From positions 25,494 through 89,493 of the forward strand of contig JBBILQ010000001.1 of assembly GCA_037444845.1 (NCBI GenBank): a DNA stretch of 64,000 nucleotides, read 5' to 3'. Position numbers and translations under genes: made by a program. This DNA comes from Candidatus Aminicenantes bacterium. Lineage in GTDB: Bacteria > Acidobacteriota > Aminicenantia > Aminicenantales > UBA8522. Every line of letters starts with the position of its first letter. Within the stretch, counting starts at the first letter, position 1. The notes under the pieces were generated by a model. The model saw nothing but the letters and a program-made list of their open reading frames with translations, searched no databases and was not told the DNA's origin. Positions 36,257 to 45,959 of this stretch are shown here, in pieces.

Positions 36257-38026
36257 ATGCGTAGAATCGTTAAAAAGATATCAGACCTTCTCGTCATCAT
36301 GGTTTTCCTGGCCGGTCTCGGGCCGGGAAATCTTTTTTCAGCGGAGGTTGAGCTTTCCTTCGACCGTTTCTACGACCATGCAGAGCTTACGCGCGCTCTC
36401 AAAACCCTGCAGGGCGCTTACCCCGAACTCATGACCCTTAAGTCCATCGGCAAATCTTTCCAGGGAAGGGACATCTGGGTAGCGGTCCTGACCAACCCCC
36501 GCACTGGCCCGGCAGAGCGCAAACCCGGCTACTACATCGACGGCAACATCCACGGCAACGAAATCCAGGGAGCGGAGGTCGCCCTTTACGCCGTCTCGTA
36601 TCTCCTGAAAAACCAAGGAAAAACCGAGCTGGCCACGCGCCTTCTTGATGAAAGGGTTTTTTACGTTGTTCCCACCATGAACCCGGACGGCCGCGATTAC
36701 TACATCAACCAGGCCTCTGACCCGAACTCGCCGCGTTCCGGGCTCATGCCCTACGATTCCGACCGGGATGGCCTCGCCGATGAGGACGGGCCCGAAGACC
36801 TGGACGGCGACGGCTCGATCACGATGATGCGCAAGAAAGACCCGAACGGCACGCACAAGCCCCATCCGGAAGACCCCCGCATCCTCCTCCCCGTCAAACC
36901 CGGGGAAAAAGGGGAATACATCCTGCTTGGCCAGGAAGGGATCGACAATGACGGCGACGGCCTCATCAACGAAGATGGCCTGGGCGGCTATGACATGAAC
37001 CGCAACTACGGCTACAACTGGCAGCCGGCTTACGTCCAGCGGGGAGCCGGAGACTATCCCTTCTGTTTTCCAGAGACCCAGGCAGTCCGCGATTTTCTGT
37101 TAGCCCATCCGAACATCGCCGGCGCCCAGAATTTCCACAATTTCGGAGGCATGATCCTGCGCGGCCCGGGCGCGAAGAACATGGGCGAATACAACCCCGC
37201 CGACAGGCGCGTTTATGATACGATCGGGAAAAAGGGCGAAAAAATCCTGCCCGGTTACCGGTATTTAACCGTTTATAAAGATATGTACACGGTTTACGGC
37301 GGGAGCATCGATTACCTCTATTGCGTCCTGGGCATTTTCACGTTTTCCAACGAGCTCGACATGGACCCGCTGGCAGAGCAGAGGCAGCGCGGTGGAAGGG
37401 GCGGCGAAGAGGAGGATGAGGACGTCATGGCCATGCTCTTTCGGGAAGGAAGGCTGGAGGAAATGGTCTACCATGATCTGGTCCTCCTGGGCGAGCAGTT
37501 CAGCGAGTGGAAGCCTTACCAGCATCCTCTTTACGGAGAAATCGAGATCGGCGGCGTCAAGAAGTTCGCCCGCCGCGTCCCTCCCCTCTTCAAGCTGGCA
37601 GAAACCTGCCACCGCAACGCTGCCTTCTGCCTCTACCACGCCGACCAGCTGGCCCGTCTGGAAATTGAAAAAACAGAAGTGACCAGGCTAAAAGATGACC
37701 TTTATCAAGTCGACGTAACAGTAGCCAACAGCAGGCCGACGCCCTCGATGTCTGTCGTGGCGGCCCAGAACAAGCTTCATCGTGCCGACCAGTTCAAGGT
37801 TACAGGCTCCAAAGTTGAGCTTGTCGCCGCCGGTCAGATTGTGGACAGATTTCGCGGCCTCACAAGAAAAATAAAAACCCGGGATAATGCCTTTTGGGTG
37901 GAAAGCGGCGTACCCGGATTCGGGCGTCTGGAATTCCGGCTTCTCCTAAATGGCCAGGGTCAGGTTGAGCTTGTTTTTAACTCCTTAAAGGGAGGCTATA
38001 AAACGAAATCGCTTACCCTGAAATAA
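36257..38026 (+). CDS. M14-family zinc carboxypeptidase
   Basis: Signal peptide; canonical HxxE zinc motif (GNIHGNEIQGAE), Asp-rich insert DSDRDGLADEDGPEDLDGDG, NRNYGYNW; begins 13 nt after previous gene. Confidence 0.8.
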   Translation: MRRIVKKISDLLVIMVFLAGLGPGNLFSAEVELSFDRFYDHAELTRALKTLQGAYPELMTLKSIGKSFQGRDIWVAVLTNPRTGPAERKPGYYIDGNIHGNEIQGAEVALYAVSYLLKNQGKTELATRLLDERVFYVVPTMNPDGRDYYINQASDPNSPRSGLMPYDSDRDGLADEDGPEDLDGDGSITMMRKKDPNGTHKPHPEDPRILLPVKPGEKGEYILLGQEGIDNDGDGLINEDGLGGYDMNRNYGYNWQPAYVQRGAGDYPFCFPETQAVRDFLLAHPNIAGAQNFHNFGGMILRGPGAKNMGEYNPADRRVYDTIGKKGEKILPGYRYLTVYKDMYTVYGGSIDYLYCVLGIFTFSNELDMDPLAEQRQRGGRGGEEEDEDVMAMLFREGRLEEMVYHDLVLLGEQFSEWKPYQHPLYGEIEIGGVKKFARRVPPLFKLAETCHRNAAFCLYHADQLARLEIEKTEVTRLKDDLYQVDVTVANSRPTPSMSVVAAQNKLHRADQFKVTGSKVELVAAGQIVDRFRGLTRKIKTRDNAFWVESGVPGFGRLEFRLLLNGQGQVELVFNSLKGGYKTKSLTLK

Positions 38027-38091
38027 AGAGAGCTTGGCCGTGATTTCTTTATGCTTTTCGAGAGAAGCCATTTTTTCTTCCGAAGAGACGG

Positions 38092-39492
38092 CTACGCCCA
38101 ACCCCATGTTTCCCGATAAGCGGGTACATCAACATTCCAGCCCTTCTGTCTCACGATAACATCCATAAGGCTCTGAGAGACGTTTTTTTCTCCGTGAGTC
38201 AGGAAGACCTGAGGGTAAGGGATGGTGAAATTGCCCAGCCATTTGAGAAGGCCCGTTCTGCCGGCGTGGCCTGAGAAACCCTGGATTTGCCTGACTTGAG
38301 CCCTAACCGGATGCTGCTGGCCGAAGATCCGCACTTCCGGCTGGCCATCCAGGATCTGCCTTCCGAGCGTTCCTGTAGCCTGGTATCCAACAAACAGGAT
38401 GGTCGGCTCAGGCCGTGAGATATTCTGGACCAGGTGATGTTTGATCCGGCCAGCCGTGCACATGCCTGAGCCGGCCATGATCAGGCAGGGACGGCGGAAG
38501 GAATTAATGGCCTTGGATTCTTCCTTGGTCCGGGTGAATATGAGGCCTGAGAACTTGAACGGCGACGCGCCAGAACGGAATAGGCCCGTCGTTTCTTCGT
38601 CCAGGCACTCGTGATGGTGGAGAAAAACCTCGGTCACATTTGTGGCCATCGGGCTGTCCAGGAAGACAGGCAGGCGCGGAATTCGTTTCTGTCTCACCAG
38701 ACGGCTCAGATGAAAAAGGAGCTCCTGAGCCCTCTCCACGGCGAAAACTGGTATGACCACGTTTCCCCCTGCCCTGACTGTCTCGCTGATGATGTCAGCG
38801 AGCATGGTTTCTTCGTCGGACGGGTCTTCGTGATCCCGGTCTCCGTACGTTGATTCCATGATTACAGCGTCGGCTCGCTCGAACATGGAAGGGTCCCGAA
38901 CCAAAGGTTTCTTCCATTGGCCTATATCGCCCGTGAAGATGATGATGCGGTGCCGATTCATCTCCTTGATCGTGAGCTCGATCATGCTCGACCCCAGAAT
39001 ATGGCCGGCATCGCAAAAACGGACCTGGAGCGTCTTGCTCAAAGGAATTGCTTTTTCGTAGGGCGCCGTTCTGACAAGCTTCAGGGCTTTCTCTACCTCG
39101 GCCTCGGTGTAAAGCGGTATTTCAGGGTGAGGTCCGTGCCGGCCTTCCTTCTTGTGGCGTTTTTTCTTGTACTCGGCGTCTTCTACTTGGATTCTCGCAG
39201 CGTCGCAGAGGACGATCGGAAGGAGCTCGGCTGTGGCCGGAGTGGCTATGATTTTTCCGCGATAACCTTCCCGGACAATCTTCGGGATGAGCCCAGAATG
39301 GTCCAGGTGGACATGGGTGAGAAGCAGGCATTCGATTGTCTCGGGAGGGACCGGGAAAGGCGCCCAGTTGCGATCAAGATAGGCCCTTTCCTGGTAGAGG
39401 CCGCAGTCGATGAGAAACCGCTGATTATCGGTCTCCACAAGATAGCAGGAACCTGTGACTTGTTGGTTGGCGCCCAAGAATTGGATTCGCAA
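38092..39492 (-). CDS. MBL-fold beta-CASP ribonuclease (RNase J/CPSF-like)
   Basis: HxHxDH motif (LTHVHLDHSG) in N-terminal metallo-beta-lactamase domain followed by beta-CASP and RNA-specificity C-terminal region. Confidence 0.85.
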   Translation of the reverse strand: MRIQFLGANQQVTGSCYLVETDNQRFLIDCGLYQERAYLDRNWAPFPVPPETIECLLLTHVHLDHSGLIPKIVREGYRGKIIATPATAELLPIVLCDAARIQVEDAEYKKKRHKKEGRHGPHPEIPLYTEAEVEKALKLVRTAPYEKAIPLSKTLQVRFCDAGHILGSSMIELTIKEMNRHRIIIFTGDIGQWKKPLVRDPSMFERADAVIMESTYGDRDHEDPSDEETMLADIISETVRAGGNVVIPVFAVERAQELLFHLSRLVRQKRIPRLPVFLDSPMATNVTEVFLHHHECLDEETTGLFRSGASPFKFSGLIFTRTKEESKAINSFRRPCLIMAGSGMCTAGRIKHHLVQNISRPEPTILFVGYQATGTLGRQILDGQPEVRIFGQQHPVRAQVRQIQGFSGHAGRTGLLKWLGNFTIPYPQVFLTHGEKNVSQSLMDVIVRQKGWNVDVPAYRETWGWA

Positions 39493-39557
39493 CAGGCTGT
39501 CTTTCCAGATTAAAATAGGAACAGCCAGTTTACTAATTTTTCCGGCGGCCGGTCAAA

Positions 39558-40049
39558 TCAAGGTTTCATTTTACCAAGACGAAATTCGGCGGGAAACCGC
39601 TCTTCGAGAATCTCCTGCCACGCTCTCCGCCGCGGAAAAAAGATGAATTCCAGGACAAGAGAGACGAACAGGAGATAATAGAAATTCCTGCTTGACCCGG
39701 TCAGGAGAAAGAGGACGAAGCCGAGCAATGCCGGGATTTCAGCCACGACAGCCGTGATCACAGCCGCCCGGCTGAGCCTGAGGGTTCTTTCCTCGGGGCG
39801 GTCGCCAGATATTCCCTTCATCAAGCTCCGGTTGAGAATCCTCGTAAGAAGGATAGCGACAATGGCGAGGCCGTAAAAAATAAACACCAACAGGCGGGCG
39901 TGCGAGGGCCTGGATAGGCCTGAGAAAAAGCCCATCCGCGACTTCACTAATTCGACGATAAGGGCGTAGAGGAAAATGCCGGCGATGATAGCGCCGCAAA
40001 CCAGCGTTGTCGTCCGGAAAACCTTCTTCCAATCGGCCACGTCCACCAT
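39558..40049 (-). CDS. Hypothetical small membrane protein (4 predicted TM)
   Basis: ORF with hydrophobic segments; same strand and directly upstream of beta-CASP RNase gene; no recognisable motifs. Confidence 0.4.
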   Translation of the reverse strand: MVDVADWKKVFRTTTLVCGAIIAGIFLYALIVELVKSRMGFFSGLSRPSHARLLVFIFYGLAIVAILLTRILNRSLMKGISGDRPEERTLRLSRAAVITAVVAEIPALLGFVLFLLTGSSRNFYYLLFVSLVLEFIFFPRRRAWQEILEERFPAEFRLGKMKP

Positions 40050-40131
40050 TCCTGCCGCCTCCTTGTTCTTATCCTAACAGAACCAGGGGGAGAGACGCAA
40101 CACGTTGTCGCTCGCCAACCAATAAGCCGAG

Positions 40132-40515
40132 TTATCTGTTCTCCTCCTCGATGACATCGTGGAGTTGCTTAAGAAAATCGGGGGTCGCCGAGGTGACGCG
40201 GTTCCAGTTCGGTATCAGCGGGGAGTACAGGGGGTTTTCCAGGAATTCGCGGCCGGCGATCTGGATGGCCTGGGTAAAGGCCTCGACCGTGATGGTCTCC
40301 TGGTGGCGGTCGAAAAAGAGACCGTTCAGGGCAGCGTCGTCATTGTACCGCTTGATCGTGTCCTGGGCAGTGCGAAGATAATTGATGACGAGGGTGTTGA
40401 GGATGCTCTCGCTGACGCAGGCGCCCTCGATGGCCAGGTTGCGAAAAACGGCCTTGGCAATATCGATGGATATCTTCTTCAGGCTATAGAATTGCATCAT
40501 CTTCAACGATGCCAT
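40132..40515 (-). CDS. Hypothetical protein
   Basis: 127-aa ORF, no recognisable motif; positioned at head of the minus-strand unit ending in the beta-CASP RNase. Confidence 0.35.
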   Translation of the reverse strand: MASLKMMQFYSLKKISIDIAKAVFRNLAIEGACVSESILNTLVINYLRTAQDTIKRYNDDAALNGLFFDRHQETITVEAFTQAIQIAGREFLENPLYSPLIPNWNRVTSATPDFLKQLHDVIEEENR

Positions 40516-40571
40516 TTAAATGTTTAAGCCAGCTGACCCCTTAGCGCTCGTTATGCTATAATCGTGAAACT

Positions 40572-42020
40572 ATGAAAATCGCGATGTTGAGCTCGGAGGT
40601 TGTGCCTTATGCCAAGACCGGCGGTCTGGCGGATGTCACGGGGGCATTACCCAAGTACCTGAGCGAAGCAGGAGCGGAGGTGCGGGTTTTCCTGCCGCTC
40701 TACAGAGAGACGAAAAAAAAGAACCTGCCCCTCGAGAAGGTGGTCGATGGCCTCAAGCTCGAATGGGCCGGAAAAACCGAGCTGTACTCAATTTGGGAAC
40801 ACCGCCAGAATTCCCTCTCTTTTCTCTTTGTCGAGAAGGACGCCTATTTCGACCGGGATTATCTTTATGGAAACACGCAAGGAGATTATCCTGATAACGG
40901 CGAGCGATTCGCCTTTTTCTGCCGGGCGGCGCTCGAGACTCTGAAAGTCCTGGGGTTTCAACCCGATATCCTCCACAGCCACGACTGGCAGGCGGCTATG
41001 ACGCTGGCCTATCATAAGCTTGGATATGCGGATGACACGTTTTTTTCTTCCGCTCGTTCTCTCTTTACCATTCACAACCTGGCCTACCAGGGAATTTTCG
41101 AACGGGAGGTGCTCGGCAGGATCGGACTTCCTGATGCCCTCTTCAATATGGAGGACCTCGAGTTTTATGGCAAAGTAAACTTCCTCAAGGCGGGTGTCTT
41201 ATACTCCACAGCCGTTAGCACGGTCAGCCCCCGTTATAGCCAGGAAATCCAGACGCCCGAGTTCGGGCATCGCTTGGACGGGTTGCTGAGAAAACGCCAC
41301 TACGACCTCTACGGTATCCTGAACGGTGTCGATTATTCCGAATGGAATCCAGCCACCGACAGGTTCATCGCCAGGAATTTTGACGCCGACAGCCTGACCG
41401 GAAAGGAAGAATGCAAGAAAGATCTGCTTCAATCTTTTTCTCTGCCGCCTGAAGCTGAGAAGGAGCCGGTCGTGGGTATGGTGTCGCGTCTGGCGGGCCA
41501 AAAGGGCTTTGACCTTCTCACACAGGCCGTCGAGGAGATTTTCCGAAGCGGAGCCAATCTCATCATCCTGGGGACGGGCGAGGAGGTATACCAGCACGCG
41601 CTCCAGGCGGTCCAGAAGCAGCATCCCCGGCGCTTTGGCCTGAAGATTGCTTTTGATGAGGGTCTGGCTCATAAAGTCTATGCCGGGAGCGATATCTTCC
41701 TCATCCCTTCCCGTTATGAGCCCTGCGGCCTGACCCAGATGTACAGCCTTCGCTACGGGACGGTGCCGGTGGTCCGGGCGACCGGCGGCCTGGAGGACAC
41801 CATCCGGGAATTCAACCCGGAAAAACAGGCCGGCAATGGGTTCAAGTTTGTTGAGTACGAGAAGACCGCCCTCGTCAACGCTGTCCGGAGGGCTTTGGCT
41901 GTTTACCAGGATAAGGAAAAATGGCAGACTCTCATGAAGAACGCCATGGCATGCGATTTTTCCTGGGAGCGGTCAGCCCGCGAGTATATCCGCCTTTACA
42001 AACGCCTTTTATCACCCTGA
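40572..42020 (+). CDS. glgA: Glycogen (starch) synthase, ADP-glucose type
   Basis: N-terminal E-x7-KTGGLADV motif (SSEVVPYAKTGGLADV), GT5 architecture, 482 aa. Confidence 0.9.
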   Translation: MKIAMLSSEVVPYAKTGGLADVTGALPKYLSEAGAEVRVFLPLYRETKKKNLPLEKVVDGLKLEWAGKTELYSIWEHRQNSLSFLFVEKDAYFDRDYLYGNTQGDYPDNGERFAFFCRAALETLKVLGFQPDILHSHDWQAAMTLAYHKLGYADDTFFSSARSLFTIHNLAYQGIFEREVLGRIGLPDALFNMEDLEFYGKVNFLKAGVLYSTAVSTVSPRYSQEIQTPEFGHRLDGLLRKRHYDLYGILNGVDYSEWNPATDRFIARNFDADSLTGKEECKKDLLQSFSLPPEAEKEPVVGMVSRLAGQKGFDLLTQAVEEIFRSGANLIILGTGEEVYQHALQAVQKQHPRRFGLKIAFDEGLAHKVYAGSDIFLIPSRYEPCGLTQMYSLRYGTVPVVRATGGLEDTIREFNPEKQAGNGFKFVEYEKTALVNAVRRALAVYQDKEKWQTLMKNAMACDFSWERSAREYIRLYKRLLSP

Positions 42021-42055
42021 AGGCATCTAACCTGTCATTTTGCGAATAATCCGGG

Positions 42056-43081
42056 CTAACTTGAGCTTCGCATGAAACCGGCTGCGGTCTCTGGCGGCAC
42101 GGGGTTGATGTAAAAACCCGTTCCCCACTCGAACCCCGCCACCCGTGTAAGAACAGGGATAATCTCGAGGTGCCAGTGGAAGCTCTCTCTCAGGTTGGCC
42201 CAACCTTCGTGAGGCAAATTGGGATTGGGCGCCTGGTGGATGTAAAAATTAAAAGGGGGGTCGGAGAGGATGACCTTGAGTTTCCCCAGGGTCGTCTTTA
42301 TCGTCCTGGCCAGCCAGAGGGATTCGACTTTGGTCAGGCACGTGTACCAGGCGGAGTGCCGCAGCGGATAGATTCGCATTTCAAAGGGGAAGCGTGGGGC
42401 AAAAGGAGCCATGACGCAAAAATGTTCGTTGCGCAGGATGAGCCGCTCGCCCTCGCTCGTCTCATCGCGGATGATACGGCAGATGATGCATTCGCCGTGC
42501 TGCCGATGAAGCCTCTCGCAACCATAAAGCTCCTCGTTGACCTTCTTGGGGATGATGGGAGTGGCCACAATCTGGGAATGCGGATGGCTGAGGGATGCGC
42601 CGGCCTCCCGTCCTTTGTTCTTGAAAACATGGACATACTTGTACTGGAACTCCTTCTCGATACTGAGCACGCGCTTCTTATAGGTCTCCAGCACTTGTTG
42701 GATGTGGTAAAGGGGCAGGTCGGGAAGCTCCCTGTCGTGGTCGGGAGTTTCGATGACGACCTCGTGCACGCCCACGCCGTCCATCCAGCGGAATATCCCG
42801 TCCTCATGCTGGACAGGGGGCATACCCCTTGTCAGAGCCGGGAATTTGTTGGGAACGACCCGAACCAGCCACCCCGGTTTATTAGGCCGCGTTCCGTTTT
42901 TCCGCAGCGCGTAGACCTCGCGGGGGGTTTTGGATTCGTTACCCTCGCAGAAAGGGCAAAAGCCTGCCGGTTCCTTTTTTTTCTCCGTCGGAGCGGGCCT
43001 GAAGTCATCCGGCCTTTTGCCCCTTTCGGCGGCGATGATGACCCAGCGGCCGCTGATGATATCCTTCCGTAACTGGGACAT
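42056..43081 (-). CDS. GalT-like HIT-family hexose-1-phosphate nucleotidyltransferase (galactose-1-P uridylyltransferase or ADP-glucose phosphorylase-type)
   Basis: Zinc-knuckle CPFCEGNE and active-site HPHSQ motif; last gene of the alpha-glucan operon. Confidence 0.8.
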   Translation of the reverse strand: MSQLRKDIISGRWVIIAAERGKRPDDFRPAPTEKKKEPAGFCPFCEGNESKTPREVYALRKNGTRPNKPGWLVRVVPNKFPALTRGMPPVQHEDGIFRWMDGVGVHEVVIETPDHDRELPDLPLYHIQQVLETYKKRVLSIEKEFQYKYVHVFKNKGREAGASLSHPHSQIVATPIIPKKVNEELYGCERLHRQHGECIICRIIRDETSEGERLILRNEHFCVMAPFAPRFPFEMRIYPLRHSAWYTCLTKVESLWLARTIKTTLGKLKVILSDPPFNFYIHQAPNPNLPHEGWANLRESFHWHLEIIPVLTRVAGFEWGTGFYINPVPPETAAGFMRSSS

Positions 43082-43084
43082 TTT

Positions 43085-43444
43085 CTACCCGATGAGCTCC
43101 TTGATTTTAGATTTGAGCTCGTCTAGGGAGGCGGATTTGACGATGTACGCGTCTGCCGCCCAGGTCATGAAATCGTGCTTGTAGCTCTGGTAGGCGGTAT
43201 TGATGATGATGGGGATGTCCTTGCGGAGAGCCATGATCTGGGTGATGAGCTCGATCCCGTTCTTGACCGGCATCCGGATGTCCGTGACGATGAGGTCAAA
43301 CGGCTGCTTATTGATCTGCTGCACGGCCGTTTCGGCGTCTGAGACGGCGATCACTTTGTACCCCTCCCGTGTCAGCTCTTCGCGGTAGAGCAGACAGAGG
43401 TTTTTTTCGTCCTCGACGATGAGGAGTTTTTTCTTTTTTTTCAT
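43085..43444 (-). CDS. Single-domain response regulator (CheY-like receiver only)
   Basis: 119 aa; receiver motifs LLIVEDE, phospho-acceptor D in DLIVTDIRMP, conserved T/K; 4-nt overlap with upstream kinase gene. Confidence 0.85.
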   Translation of the reverse strand: MKKKKKLLIVEDEKNLCLLYREELTREGYKVIAVSDAETAVQQINKQPFDLIVTDIRMPVKNGIELITQIMALRKDIPIIINTAYQSYKHDFMTWAADAYIVKSASLDELKSKIKELIG

Positions 43445-44781
43445 CCCCCTCCCCCTGTTCTAAAATACAGTTTAAAAGTTGTCCCCTGCCCTTCCTGGCT
43501 TTCAACGACAATCTTTCCGTCGCAGGCCTCCATGAATCTCTTGACATAGGCTAGGCCGAGCCCGATTCCCTTTTCCTTGGTCGAGACAAAGGTCTCGAAT
43601 ATTTTTCCTTTGACCGATTCCGGAATGCCCTGGCCATCGTCCTCGACCGAGATGACCACCCAGTCGTTATTTTCACGGTAGGCACGGAGGAGGACATGTC
43701 CCCCGTCCTCGAGGGCATCCAGGGCGTTTTCTACGACATTCCGCAACGCCTCTCCTAAGTGGATCGGGTCGCAAAGAATGCTGACCAGGCCGTCTTCGAT
43801 TTCTGTCTTCAAAACGACCTTTCGGCCCACGATGAGCGGCTTGACGGCGTCTTTGACCAGCTTGAAGGTCTCCCTGATGTTGACTGAGACCTTCTCCTTG
43901 ATATCGACGCGGAAGAAGCGCGTCAGGCGGAGCATGATTCGCTCCAGGCGCGCGATTTCCTTCCGGATGATCTTGAAATTCCTCTTCTTTTTCCGCTCGG
44001 TTGTCCGCGGATCGAGCAACTGGTCGATGAACCCGCCCATCGTCACGAGGGGGGTGCGAAGCTGGTGGGTGACGAACATGGCCATCTCTCCGAACGCCGC
44101 CCGCCTCCTCATTTCTACAGCCCTTCTCTGGAGCTTGGTCACGTAGATGTAGTTTCCCGCCGCCAGCCCGCAGATGCTCGCCAGCTCGATGTCCTGCCTC
44201 TCTATGGGGCGGCGAGTGATGGCGTTGTCGAGGATGATTTCGCCGAATATTTCCTCCTGGGAGAGCAAAGGAATGCAGAGAAACTCATCGGTTCCGATGA
44301 CATCCAGAAAATGCCTGTCCACCAGAGGCTCTCTGGTTGCTTCCCGGACCAGGATTATTTCTCTGGATGAAGCGGCCAATGCGGGAATGACGGGATTCCT
44401 CGAATGAAGAGGAAAGGAGATTTTTTTTACATTCTGAACGAGCGGGTTGGTCTCGCTGGCGAGGAGGGCCCGGTTGTGCTCGATGATCTCGGTATACCCG
44501 ACCCCGGGGGTGGAGAGGACTTCCCAGATGTCAGCGGCTTCTTCCGGAGAGGCGGGTCCGAGCCAGAACTCACCTTTCAAGCTGGCATTATCGGCGAGGA
44601 AAAGCATCGCCCGGTTGAAGCCCAGGCCGGGACCCGCAGTCAGCGCCGTCAGGATGACGAGCAAGTTGTCCATGAGCGAAAAAGGCTGGAAAAAGCTCTG
44701 GGCGAGGATAGAGAATATCTGAAGCTCTTTCGAGACACCGCGGGGAAGTTCGTGAAGGAAAGGGTGATACTTTTCGATCAT
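43441..44781 (-). CDS. GAF-domain sensor histidine kinase (cytoplasmic)
   Basis: Two GAF-like N-terminal regions, HisKA H-box (VTHQLRTPL), HATPase_c G-boxes (GIGLGLAYVKRF...GQGTTFKLYF); no TM segments. Confidence 0.85.
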   Translation of the reverse strand: MIEKYHPFLHELPRGVSKELQIFSILAQSFFQPFSLMDNLLVILTALTAGPGLGFNRAMLFLADNASLKGEFWLGPASPEEAADIWEVLSTPGVGYTEIIEHNRALLASETNPLVQNVKKISFPLHSRNPVIPALAASSREIILVREATREPLVDRHFLDVIGTDEFLCIPLLSQEEIFGEIILDNAITRRPIERQDIELASICGLAAGNYIYVTKLQRRAVEMRRRAAFGEMAMFVTHQLRTPLVTMGGFIDQLLDPRTTERKKKRNFKIIRKEIARLERIMLRLTRFFRVDIKEKVSVNIRETFKLVKDAVKPLIVGRKVVLKTEIEDGLVSILCDPIHLGEALRNVVENALDALEDGGHVLLRAYRENNDWVVISVEDDGQGIPESVKGKIFETFVSTKEKGIGLGLAYVKRFMEACDGKIVVESQEGQGTTFKLYFRTGGGG

Positions 44782-45959
44782 TCAAGTCTCCAGTTTTTGG
44801 GCACGACGCGGATGTCCCCCTGGCTGATGAAGTGCTTCCTGTCCTCTTTGATGTCGTGTCCGATCGCGAAACGGTCAGGAATCCGGGAGAATTTATCGAC
44901 GATGGCCCGGCGCAGCCGGGCTCCTTTTCCGACCTGAACTCCTTCAAAGAGGATGGAATCCTGGACGCGGGCTCGGGGGGCGATTGTTACACCGGGCGAG
45001 ATGATTGAATTCTGAACCGTTCCGCCGTCAAAGCGACAGCCTGCGCTGATGATGGACTTTTTGATATCGCTCCGCTGGACGAGGGTTGGGCCATGCTGGG
45101 CTTTGTAGGTCCTGATCGGCCAGGAACTATCGTCCAGAGAAAAGGGCGGCCTGGAAGAGAGAAAGGCCATGTTGGCCTTCCAGTAGGCGCCGATCGTACC
45201 GATGTCTTCCCAGTATCCATCAAAGAGATAGCCGAAGACCCGGGCTTTGTGAATCAGCCGCGGGATGATGTCTCTTCCAAAGTCGTGGCTGCTGGAACGG
45301 TCCTTGGCGTCCTGGATGAGCGCTTTGATCAGGATGGGCGTCCGAAAAAGATAGACGCCCATGGAAATAAGAGATGATTTTTTATCCCATGGTAAGAAAG
45401 GAGGTTGAGGGGGTTTTTCCAGGAATTCATTGATTCTATGGTCATTGTCCACGGCCACGACGCCGAAACGGCTGGCCTCAGCAAGGGGAACAACCTTGGC
45501 CAGGATCACGGCATCCGCCTTTTTTTCAATGTAGAATTTGATGATTTTTCGGTAATCGGCACGATAAACATGGTCGCCTGAAAGGACCAGAATGACCTCG
45601 GGATTTTCCTGCTGGATGGTGTAGATATTCTGGAAGACGGCGTCCGCCGTTCCCTCGTACCAGTGTTCGCTTACCCTTCCTTGGGCGGGCAGCGAGATAA
45701 TATAGCCTCCGCTCTCCGCATGAAAAATGTTCCAGCCGTAAAGAATATGCCTTTCCAGGGATAAGGATTTATACTGGGTCAGCAGGGCAATCTTGCGCAG
45801 CCCCGAGTTCAGAGAATTGGAAAGGCTGAAATCGATGATCCGGTAGCTGCCCAGGAAGGGGACGGATGGCTTGGCCCGGTGCTTGGTCAAAGGGTAGAGC
45901 CTCTCCCCTTTTCCTCCACAGAGGATCATGACCAGAATTTTTTCAGATAAGGTCACCAT
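44778..45959 (-). CDS. glgC: Glucose-1-phosphate adenylyltransferase
   Basis: GGKGERLYPLTKHRAKPSVPFLGSYRIIDF nucleotidyltransferase motif, left-handed beta-helix C-terminus. Confidence 0.9.
   Translation of the reverse strand: MVTLSEKILVMILCGGKGERLYPLTKHRAKPSVPFLGSYRIIDFSLSNSLNSGLRKIALLTQYKSLSLERHILYGWNIFHAESGGYIISLPAQGRVSEHWYEGTADAVFQNIYTIQQENPEVILVLSGDHVYRADYRKIIKFYIEKKADAVILAKVVPLAEASRFGVVAVDNDHRINEFLEKPPQPPFLPWDKKSSLISMGVYLFRTPILIKALIQDAKDRSSSHDFGRDIIPRLIHKARVFGYLFDGYWEDIGTIGAYWKANMAFLSSRPPFSLDDSSWPIRTYKAQHGPTLVQRSDIKKSIISAGCRFDGGTVQNSIISPGVTIAPRARVQDSILFEGVQVGKGARLRRAIVDKFSRIPDRFAIGHDIKEDRKHFISQGDIRVVPKNWRLE

Noticed and set aside
42170-43072. 300-aa plus-strand ORF opposite the GalT-like gene, and similar antisense ORFs opposite the kinase, GH57, asparaginase and amidohydrolase genes (e.g. 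53198..54124, 59818..60534, 62716..63624)
   Set aside because: No motifs, biased composition, and each is fully nested antisense to a gene with clear family signatures.
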